From the human T2T-CHM13v2.0 reference genome, Homo sapiens: DNA of 64,000 bases. The notes under the pieces are model-generated. The model was not told the origin of the DNA. It did not search any database and saw only the letters and a list, made by a program, of their open reading frames with translations. The stretch lies in the NCBI RefSeq assembly GCF_009914755.1, contig NC_060942.1. One strand, given 5' to 3'. This document shows positions 39,601 through 50,949 of this stretch, piece after piece. The position numbers and the translations under genes are program-made. Position 1 is the stretch's first letter, and each line of letters opens with the position of its first letter.

Positions 39601-42600
39601 TATTCAGGACACAGAGTTGAACATTCCCTATCATAGAGCAGGTTGGAATCACTCCTTTTGTAGTATCTGGAAGTGGACATTTGGAGCGCTTTCAGGCCTA
39701 TGTTGAAAAAGGAAATATCTTCCCATAACAACTAGACACAAGCATTCTCAGAAACTTGTTTGTGATGTGTGCCCTCTACTGACAGAGTTGAACCTTTCTT
39801 TTCATAGAGCAGTTTTGAAACACTCTTTTTGTAGAATCTGCAAGAGGATATTTGCATAGCTTTGAGGATTTCGTGGGAAACGGGATTGCCTTCAGGTAAA
39901 ATCTAGACAGAAGCATTCTCAGAAACTTCTTTGGGATGTTTGCATTCAAGTCACAGAGTAGAACATTCCCTTTGGTAGAGCAGGTTTGAAACCCTCCTTT
40001 TGTAGTATCTGGAAGTGGACATTTGGAGCGCTTTCAGGCCCATGTTGGAAAGGGAAATATCTTCCCGTAACAACTAGGCAGAAGCATTCTCAGAAACTTA
40101 TTTGAGATGTGTGTACTCAACTAAGAGAATTGAACCACCGTTTTGAAGGCGCAGTTTTGAAACACTCTTTTTCTGGAATCTGCAAGAGGATATTTGCCTA
40201 GCCTTGAGGATTTCGTTGGAAACGGGATTGTCTTCAGATAAAATCTAGACAGAAGCATTCTCAGAAACTTCTTTGGGATGTTTGCATTCAAGTCACAGAG
40301 TAGAACATTCCCTTTGGTAGAGCAGGTTTGAAACACTCTTTTTTTAGTATATGGAAGTGGACATTTGGAGCGCTTTCAGGCCTACGTTGGAAAAGGAAAT
40401 ATCTTCCCATAACAACTAGACAGAAGCATTCTCAGAAACTAGTTTCTGATGTGTGTCCTCAACTAACACAGTTGAACATTTCTTTAGACAGAACAGTTTT
40501 GAAACACTCTTTTTGTGGAATCTGCAAGTGGATATTTGGCTAGATTTGAGGATTTCGTTGGAAACGGGATTACATATAAAAAGCAGACAGCAGCATTCTC
40601 AGAAAGTTCTTTGTGATGATTGCATTCAAGTCACAGAATTGAACATTCCCTTTCACAGAGCAGGTTTGAGACACTCTTTTTGTAGTGTGTGTAAGTGGAC
40701 ATTTGGAGCGCTTTCCGGCCTAAGGTGAAAAAGGAAATATCTTCCCATAAAAACTAGACAGAAGCATTCTCAGAAACTTACTCGTGATGTGTGCCCTCAA
40801 CTAAAGGAGTAGAACCTTTCTATTCATAGAGAAGTTTTGAAACGCTCTTTTTGTGGAATCTCCAAGTGGATATTTGGCTGGTTTTGAGGATTTCGTTGGA
40901 AGCGGGAATTCATACAAATTGCAGACTGCAGCGTTATGAGAAACATCTTTGTGATGTTTGTATTCAGGACACAGAGATGAACATTCCCTATCATAGAGCA
41001 GGTTGGAATCACTCCTTTTGTAGTATCTGGAAGTGGACATTTGGAGCGCTTTCAGGCCTATGTTGAAAAAGGAAATATCTTCCCATAACAACTAGACACA
41101 AGCATTCTCAGGAACTTGTTTGTGATGTGTGCCCTCTACTGACAGAGTTGAACCTTTCTTTTCATAGAGCAGTTTTGAAACACTCTTTTTGTAGAATCTG
41201 CAAGAGGATATTTGCATAGCTTTGAGGATTTCGTGGGAAACGGGATTGTCTTCAGGTAAAATCTAGACAGAAGCATTCTCAGAAACTTCTTTGGGATGTT
41301 TGCATTCAAGTCACAGAGTAGAACATTCCCTTTGGTAGAGCAGGTTTGAAACCCTCCTTTTGTAGTATCTGGAAGTGGACATTTGGAGCGCTTTCAGGCC
41401 CATGTTGGAAAGGGAAATATCTTCCCGTAACAACTAGGCAGAAGCATTCTCAGAAACTTATTTGAGATGTGTGTACTCAACTAAGAGAATTGAACCACCG
41501 TTTTGAAGGAGCAGTTTTGAAACACTCTTTTTCTGGAATCTGCAAGAGGATATTTGCCTAGCCTTGAGGATTTCGTTGGAAACGGGATTGTCTTCAGATA
41601 AAATCTAGACAGAAGCATTCTCAGAAACTTCTTTGGGATGTTTGCATTCAAGTCACAGAGTAGAACATTCCCTTTGGTAGAGCAGGTTTGAAACACTCTT
41701 TTTTTAGTATATGGAAGTGGACATTTGGAGCGCTTTCAGGCCTACGTTGGAAAAGGAAATATCTTCCCATAACAACTAGACAGAAGCATTCTCAGAAACT
41801 AGTTTCTGATGTGTGTCCTCAGCTAACACAGTTGAACTTTTCTTTAGACAGAACAGTTTTGAAACACTCTTTTTGTGGAATCTGCAAGTGGATATTTGGC
41901 TAGATTTGAGGATTTCGTTGGAAACGGGATTACATATAAAAAGCAGACAGCAGCATTCTCAGAAAGTTCTTTGTGATGATTGCATTCAAGTCACAGAATT
42001 GAACATTCCCTTTCACAGAGCAGGTTTGAAACACTCTTTTTGTAGTGTGTGTAAGTGGACATTTGGAGCGCTTTCCGGCCTAAGGTGAAAAAGGAAATAT
42101 CTTCCCATAAAAACTAGACAGAAGCATTCTCAGAAACTTACTCGTGATGTGTGTCCTCAACTAAAGGAGTAGAACCTTTCTATTCATAGAGAAGTTTTGA
42201 AACGCTCTTTTTGTGGAATCTCCAAGTGGATATTTGGCTAGTTTTGAGGATTTCGTTGGAAGCGGGAATTCATACAAATTGCAGACTGCAGCGTTATGAG
42301 AAACATCTTTGTGATGTTTGTATTCAGGACACAGAGATTAACATTCCCTATCATAGAGCAGGTTGGAATCACTCCTTTTGTAGTATCTGGAAGTGGACAT
42401 TTGGAGCGCTTTCAGGCCTATGTTGAAAAAGGAAATATCTTCCCATAACAACTAGACACAAGCATTCTCAGAAACTTGTTTGTGATGTGTGCCCTCTACT
42501 GACAGAGTTGAACCTTTCTTTTCATAGAGCAGTTTTGAAACACTCTTTTTGTAGAATCTGCAAGAGGATATTTGCATAGCTTTGAGGATTTCGTGGGAAA

Positions 42601-43484
42601 CGGGATTGTCTTCAGGTAAAATCTAGACAGAAGCATTCTCAGAAACTTCTTTGGGATGTTTGCATTCAAGTCACAGAGTAGAACATTCCCTTTGGTAGAG
42701 CAGGTTTGAAACCCTCCTTTTGTAGTATCTGGAAGTGGACATTTGGAGCGCTGTCAGGCCCATGTTGGAAAGGGAAATATCTTCCCGTAACAACTAGGCA
42801 GAAGCATTCTCAGAAACTTATTTGAGATGTGTGTACTCAACTAAGAGAATTGAACCACCGTTTTGAAGGCGCAGTTTTGAAACACTCTTTTTCTGGCATC
42901 TGCAAGAGGATATTTGCCTAGCCTTGAGGATTTCGTTGGAAACGGGATTGTCTTCAGATAAAATCTAGACAGAAGCATTCTCAGAAACTTCTTTGGGATG
43001 TTTGCATTCAAGTCACAGAGTAGAACATTCCCTTTGGTAGAGCAGGTTTGAAACACTCTTTTTTTAGTATATGGAAGTGGACATTTGGAGCGCTTTCAGG
43101 CCTACGTTGGAAAAGGAAATATCTTCCCATAACAACTAGACAGAAGCATTCTCAGAAACTAGTTTCTGATGTGTGTCCTCAACTAACACAGTTGAACTTT
43201 TCTTTAGACAGAACAGTTTTGAAACACTCTTTTTGTGGAATCTGCAAGTGGATATTTGGCTAGATTTGAGGATTTCGTTGGAAACGGGATTACATATAAA
43301 AAGCAGACAGCAGCATTCTCAGAAAGTTCTTTGTGATGATTGCATTCAAGTCACAGAATTGAACATTCCCTTTCACAGAGCAGGTTTGAGACACTCTTTT
43401 TGTAGTGTGTGTAAGTGGACATTTGGAGCGCTTTCCGGCCTAAGGTGAAAAAGGAAATATCTTCCCATAAAAACTAGACAGAAG

Positions 43485-45186
43485 CATTCTCAGAAACTTA
43501 CTCGTGATGTGTGTCCTCAACTAAAGCAGTAGAACCTTTCTATTCATAGAGAAGTTTTGAAACGCTCTTTTTGTGGAATCTCCAAGTGGATATTTGGCTA
43601 GTTTTGAGGATTTCGTTGGAAGCGGGAATTCATACAAATTGCAGACTGCAGCGTTCTGAGAAACATCTTTGTGATGTTTGTATTCAAGACACAGAGATGA
43701 ACATTCCCTATCATAGAGCAGGTTGGAATCACTCCTTTTGTAGTATCTGGAAGTGGACATTTGGAGAGCTTTCGGGCCTATGTTGAAAAAGGAAATATCT
43801 TCCCATAACAACTAGACACAAGCATTCTCAGAAACTTGTTTGTGATGTGTGCCCTCTACTGACAGAGTTGAACCTTCCTTTTCATAGAGTAGTTTTGAAA
43901 CACTCTTTTTGTAGAATCTGCAAGAGGATATTTGCATAGCTTTGAGGATTTCGTGGGAAACGGGATTGTCTTCAGGTAAAATCTAGACAGAAGCATTCTC
44001 AGAAACTTCTTTGGGATGTTTGCATTCAAGTCACAGAGTAGAACATTCCCTTTGGTAGAGCAGGTTTGAAACCCTCTTTTTGTAGTATCTGGAAGTGGAC
44101 ATTTGGAGCGCTTTCAGGCCCATGTTGGAAAGGGAAATATCTTCCCGTAACAACTAGGCAGAAGCATTCTCTGAAACTTATTTGAGATGTGTGTACTCAA
44201 CTAACAGGATTGAACCACCGTTTTGAAGGAGCAGTTTTGAAACACACTTTTTCTGGAATCTGCAAGAGTATATTTGCCTAGCCTTGAGGATTTCGTTGGA
44301 AACGGGATTGTCTTCAGATAAAATCTAGACAGAAGCATTCTCAGAAACTTCTTTGGGATGTTTGCATTCAAGTCACAGAGTAGAACATTCCCTTTGGTAG
44401 AGCAGGTTTGGAACCCTCCTTTTGTAGTATCTGGAAGTGGACATTTGGGGCGCTATCAGGCCCATTTTGGAAAGGGAAATATCTTCCCGTAACAACTAGG
44501 CAGAAGCATTCTCAGAAACTTATTTGAGATGTGTGTACTCAACTAAGAGAATTGAACCACCGTTTTGAAGGAGCAGTTTTGAAACACTCTTTTTCTGGAA
44601 TCTGCAAGAGGATATTTGCCTAGCCTTGAGGATTTCGTTGGAAACGGGATTGTCTTCAGATCAAATCTAGACAGAAGCATTCTCAGAAACTTCTTTGGGA
44701 TGTTTGCATTCAAGTCACAGAGTAGAACATTCCCTTTGGTAGAGCAGGTTTGAAACACTCTTTTTTTAGTATATGGAAGTGGACATTTGGAGCGCTTTCA
44801 GGCCTACGTTGGAAAAGGAAATATCTTCCCATAACAACTAGACAGAAGCATTCTCAGAAACTAGTTTCTGATGTGTGTCCTCAACTAACACAGTTGTACA
44901 TTTCTTTAGACAGAACAGTTTTGAAACAGTCTTTTTGTGGAATCTGCAAGTGCATATTTGGCCAGATTTGGGGATTTCGTTGGAAACGGGATTACGTATA
45001 AAAAGCAGTCAGCAGCATTCTCAGAAAGTTCTTTGTGATGATTGCATTCAAGTCACAGAATTGAACATTCCCTTTCACAGAGCAGGTTTGAAACACTCTT
45101 TTTGTAGTGTGTGTAAGTGGACATTTGGAGCGCTTTCAGGCCTAAGGTGAAAAAGGAAATATCTTCCCATAAAAACTAGACAGAAG
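43485..45186 (+). repeat. Second 1702-bp 10-mer variant HOR with an extra S1/R2 dimer at 44165-44506
   Basis: Q spacing 43521->45223. The extra dimer has its own SNVs (CTAACAGGAT, AACACACTTT, GGAACCCTCC, CCCATTTTGG). Confidence 0.88.
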
Positions 45187-48100
45187 CATTCTCAGAAACT
45201 TACTCGTGATGTGTGTCCTCAACTAAAGGAGTAGAACCTTTCTTTTCATAGAGAAGTTTCGAAACGCTCTTTTTGTGGAATCTGCAAGTGGATATTTGGC
45301 TAGTTTTGAGGATTTCGTTGGAAGCGGGAATTCATACAAATTGCAGACTGCAGCGTTCTGAGAAACATCTTTGTGATGTTTGTATTCAGGACACAGAGTT
45401 GAACATTCCCTATCATAGAGCAGGTTTGAATCACTCCTTTTGTAGTATCTGGAAGTGGACATTTGGAGCGCTTTCAGGCCTATGTTGGAAAAGGAAATAT
45501 CTTCCCATAACAACTAGACAGAAGCATTCTCAGAAACTTATTTGAGATGTGTGTACTCAACTAAGAGAATTGAACCAGCGTTTTGAAGGAGCAGTTTTGA
45601 AACACTCTTTTTCTGGAATCTGCAAGTGGATATTTGGCTAGCTTTGGGGATTTCGCTGGAAGCGGAAATACATATAAAAAGCACACAGCAGCGTTCTGAG
45701 AAACTGCTTTCTGATGTTTGCATTCAAGTCAAAAGTTGAACACTCCCTTTCATAGAGCAGTCTTGAAACACCACTTTTGTAGTATCTGGAACTGGACATT
45801 TGAAGCGCTTTCAGGGCTAAGGTGAAAAAGGAAATATCTTCCCATAAAAACTGGACAGAAGCATTCTCAGAAACTTGTTTACGCTGTATCTACTCTACTA
45901 ACAAAGTTGAACCTTTCTTTTGAGAGAGCAGTTTTGAAATGCTCTTTTTGTGGAATCTGCAAGTGGATATTTGGCTAGTTTTGAGGATTTCGTTGGAAGC
46001 TGGAATTCATACAAATTGCAGACTGCAGCGTTCTGAGAAACATCTTTGTGATGTTTGTATTCAGGACACAGAGTTGAACATTCCCTATCATAGAGCAGGT
46101 TGGAATCACTCCTTTTGTAGTATCTGGAAGTGGACATTTGGAGCGCTTTCAGGCCTATGTTGAAAAAGGAAATATCTCTCCATAACAACTAGACACAAGC
46201 ATTCTCAGAAACTTGTTTGTGATGTGTGCCCTCTACTGACAGAGTTCAACCTTTCTTTTCATAGAGCAGTTTTGAAACACTCTTTTTGTAGAATCTGCAA
46301 GAGGATATTTGCATAGCTTTGAGGATTTCGTGGGAAACGGGATTGTCTTCAGGTAAAATCTAGACAGAAGCATTCTCAGAAACTTCTTTGGGATGTTTGC
46401 ATTCAAGTCACAGAGTAGAACATTCCCTTTGGTAGAGCAGGTTTGAAACACTCTTTTTGTAGTATCTGGAAGTGGACATTTGGAGCGCTTTCAGGCCTAT
46501 GTTGGAAAGGGAAATATCTTCCCGTAACAACTAGGCAGAAGCATTCTCAGAAACTTATTTGAGATGTGTGTACTCAACTAAGAGAATTGAACCACCGTTT
46601 TGAAGGAGCAGTTTTGAAACACTCTTTTTCTGGAATCTGCAAGAGTATATTTGCCTAGCCTTGAGGATTTCGTTGGAAACGGGATTGTCTTCAGATCAAA
46701 TCTAGACAGAAGCATTCTCAGAAACTTCTTTGGGATCTTTGCATTCAAGTCACAGAGTAGAACATTCCCTTTGGTACAGCAGGTTTGAAACACTCTTTTT
46801 TTAGTATATGGAAGTGGACATTTGGAGCGCTTTCAGGCCTACGTTGGAAAAGGAAATATCTTCCCATAACAACTAGACAGAAGCATTCTCAGAAACTAGT
46901 TTCTGATGTGTGTCCTCAACTAATACAGTTGTACCTTTCTTTAGACAGAACAGTTTTGAAACACTCTTTTTGTGGAATCTGCAAGTGGATATTTGGCTAG
47001 ATTTGAGGATTTCGTTGGAAACGGGATTACATATAAAAAGCAGTCAGCAGCATTCTCAGAAAGTTCTTTGTGATGATTGCATTCAAGTCACAGAATTGAA
47101 CATTCCCTTTCACAGAGTAGGTTTGAAACACTCTTTTTGTAGTGTGTGTAAGTGGACATTTGGAGCGCTTTCCGTCCTAAGGTGAAAAAGGAAATATCTT
47201 CCCATAAAAACTAGACAGAAGCATTCTCAGAAACTTACTCGTGATGTGTGTCCTCAACTAAAGGAGTAGAACCTTTCTATTCATAGAGAAGTTTTGAAAC
47301 GCTCTTTTTGTGGAATCTGCAAGTCGATATTTGGCTAGTTTTTAGGATTTCGTTGGAAGCGGGAATTCATACAAATTGCAGACTGCAGCGTTCTGAGAAA
47401 CATCTTTGTGATGTTTGTATTCAGGACACAGAGTTGAACATTCCCTATCATAGAGCAGGTTGGAATCACTCCTTTTGTAGTATCTGGAAGTGGACATTTG
47501 GAGCGCTTTCAGGCCTATGTTGGAAAAGGAAATATCTTCCCATAACAACTAGACAGAAGCATTCTCAGAAACTTATTTGAGATGTGTGTACTCAACTAAG
47601 AGAATTGAACCACCGTTTTGAAGGAGCAGTTTTGAAACACTCTTTTTCTGGAATCTGCAAGTGGATATTTGGCTAGCTTTGGGGATTTCGCTGGAAGCGG
47701 GAATACATATAAAAAGCACACAGCAGCGTTCTGAGAAACTGCTTTCTGATGTTTGCATTCAAGTCAAAAGTTGAACACTCCCTTTCATAGAGCAGTCTTG
47801 AAACACCACTTTTGTAGTATCTGGAACTGGACATTTGGAGCGCTTTCAGGGCTAAGGTGAAAAAGGAAATATCTTCCCATAAAAACTGGACAGAAGCATT
47901 CTCAGAAACTTGTTTACGCTGTATCTACTCTACTAACAAAGTTGAACCTTTCTTTTGATAGAGCAGTTTTGAAATGCTCTTTTTGTGGAATCTGCAAGTG
48001 GATATTTGGCTAGTTTTGAGGATTTCGTTGGAAGCTGGAATTCATACAAATTGCAGACTGCAGCGTTCTGAGAAACATCTTTGTGATGTTTGTATTCAGG

Positions 48101-49256
48101 ACACAGAGTTGAACATTCCCTATCATAGAGCAGGTTGGAATCACTCCTTTTGTAGTATCTGGAAGTGGACATTTGGAGCGCTTTCAGGCCTATGTTGAAA
48201 AAGGAAATATCTTCCCATAACAACTAGACACAAGCATTCTCAGAAACTTGTTTGTGATGTGTGCCCTCTACCGACAGAGTTGAACCTTTCTTTTCATAGA
48301 GCAGTTTTGAAACACTCTTTTTGTAGAATCTGCAAGAGGATATTTGCATAGCTTTGAGGATTTCGTGGGAAACGGGATTGTCTTCAGGTAAAATCTAGAC
48401 AGAAGCATTCTCAGAAACTTCTTTGGGATGTTTGCATTCAAGTCACAGAGTAGAACATTCCCTTTGGTAGAGCTGGTTTCAAACACTCTTTTTGTAGTAT
48501 CTGGAAGTGGACATTTCTAGGGCTTTCAGGCCCATGTTGGAAAGGGAAATATCTTCCCGTAACAACTAGGCAGAAGCATTCTCAGAAACTTATTTGAGAT
48601 GTGTATACTCAACTAAGAGAATTGAACCACTGTTTTGAAGGAGCAGTTTTGAAACACTCTTTTTCTGGAATCTGCAAGAGGATATTTGCCTAGCCTTGAG
48701 GATTTCGTTGGAAACGGGATTGTGTTCAGATAAAATCTAGACAGAAGCATTCTCAGAAACTTCTTTGGGATGTTTGCATTCAAGTCACAGAGTAGAACAT
48801 TCCCTTTGGTAGAGCAGGTTTGAAACACTCTTTTTTTAGTATATGGAAGTGGACATTTGGAGCGCTTTCAGGCCTACGTTGGAAAAGGAAATATGTTACC
48901 ATAACAACTAGACAGAAGCATTCTCAGAAACTAGTTTCTGATGTGTGTCCTCAACTAACACAGTTGTACATTTCTTTAGACAGAACAGTTTTGAAACAGT
49001 CTTTTTGTGGAATCTGCAAGTGCATATTTGGCCAGATTTGAGGATTTCGTTGGAAACGTGATTACGTATAAAAAGCAGTCAGCAGCATTCTCAGAAAGTT
49101 CTTTGTGATGATTGCATTCAAGTCACAGAATTGAACATTCCCTTTCACAGAGCAGGTTTGAAACACTCTTTTTGTAGTGTGTGTAAGTGGACATTTGGAG
49201 CGCTTTCTGGCCTAAGGTGAAAAAGGACATATCTTCCCATAAAAACTAGACAGAAG
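45187..49256 (+). repeat. Two consecutive 2035-bp 12-mer HORs (Q-T-U-R-S-P)
   Basis: Dimers T (45525, 47560; GCTTTGGGGATTTCGCTGG...CTGCTTTCTGATG...GTCAAAAG) and U (45862, 47897; CTTGTTTACGCTGTATCTACTC) add 675 bp; the period is 2035 bp. Confidence 0.92.
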
Positions 49257-50949
49257 CATTCTCAGAAACTTACTCGCGATGTGTGTCCTCAACTAAAGGA
49301 GTAGAACCTTTCTTTTCATAGAGAAGTTTCGAAACGCTCTTTTTGTGGAATCTGCAAGTGGATATTTGGCTAGTTTTGAGGATTTCGTTGGAAGCGGGAA
49401 TTCATACAAATTGCAGACTGCAGCGTTCTGAGAAACATCTTTGTGATGTTTGTATTCAGGACACAGAGTTGAACATTCCCTATCATAGAGCAGGTTTGAA
49501 TCACTCCTTTTGTAGTATCTGGAAGTGGACATTTGGAGCGCTTTCAGGCCTATGTTGGAAAAGGAAATATCTTCCCATAACAACTAGACAGAAGCATTCT
49601 CAGAAACTTATTTGAGATGTGTGTACTCAACTAAGAGAATTGAACCACCGTTTTGAAGGAGCAGTTTTGAAACCCTCTTTTTCTGGAATCTGCAAGTGGA
49701 TATTTGGCTAGCTTTGGGGATTTCGCTGGAAGCGGGAATACATATAAAAAGCACACAGCAGCGTTCTGAGAAACTGCTTTCTGATGTTTGCATTCAAGTC
49801 AAAAGTTGAACACTCCCTTTCATAGAGCAGTCTTGAAACACCCCTTTTGTAGTATCTGGAAGTGGACATTTGGAGCGCTTTCAGGGCTAAGGTGAAAAAG
49901 GAAATATCTTCCCATAAAAACTGGACAGAAGCATTCTCAGAAACTTGTTTATGCTGTATCTACTCTACTAACAAAGTTGAACCTTTCTTTTGATAGGGCA
50001 GTTTTGAAATGCTCTTTTTGTGGAATCTGCAAGTGGATATTTGGCTAGTTTTGAGGATTTCGTTGGAAGCTGGAATTCATACAAATTGCAGACTGCAGCG
50101 TTCTGAGAAACATCTTTGTGATGTTTGTATTCAGGACACAGAGTTGAACATTCCCTATCATAGAGCAGGTTGGAATCACTCCTTTTGTAGTATCTGGAAG
50201 TGGACATTTGGAGCGCTTTCAGGCCCATGTTGGAAAGGGAAATATCTTCCCGTAACAACTAGGCAGAAGCATTCTCAGAAACTTATTTGAGATGTGTGTA
50301 CTCAACTAAGAGAATTGAACCACCGTTTTGAAGGAGCAGTTTTGAAACACTCTTTTTCTGGAATCTGCAAGAGTATATTTGCCTAGCCTTGAGGATTTCG
50401 TTGGAAACGGGATTGTCTTCAGATAAAATCTAGACAGAAGCATTCTCAGAAACTTCTTTGGGATGTTTGCATTCAAGTCACAGAGTAGAACATTCCCTTT
50501 GGTAGAGCAGGTTTGAAACACTCTTTTTTTAGTATATGGAAGTGGACATTTGGAGCGCTTTCAGGCCTACGTTGGAAAAGGAAATATCTTCCCATAACAA
50601 CTAGACAGAAGCATTCTCAGAAACTAGATTCTGATGTGTGTCCTCAACTAACACAGTTGTACATTTCTTTAGACAGAACAGTTTTGAAACAGTCTTTTTG
50701 TGGAATCTGCAAGTGCATATTTGGCCAGATTTGAGGATTTCGTTGGAAACGGGATTACGTATAAAAAGCAGTCAGCAGCATTCTCAGAAAGTTCTTTGTG
50801 ATGATTGCATTCAAGTCACAGAATTGAACATTCCCTTTCACAGAGCAGGTTTGAAACACTCTTTTTGTAGTGTGTGTAAGTGGACATTTGGAGCGCTTTC
50901 TGGCCTAAGGTGAAAAAGGACATATCTTCCCATAAAAACTAGACAGAAG
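49257..50949 (+). repeat. 1693-bp 10-mer variant (12-mer lacking dimer R; Q-T-U*-S-P), copy 1
   Basis: U2 switches to an R2-type tail (GGCCCATGTTGGAAAGGG...CCGTAACAACTAGG) at ~50220 and is followed directly by S at 50270; 2035-342 = 1693. Confidence 0.9.

Noticed and set aside
45525-46199. T-U segment as a foreign or mobile-element insertion
   Set aside because: It consists of four in-register alpha-satellite monomers, with no target-site duplication, poly-A tail or terminal repeats.
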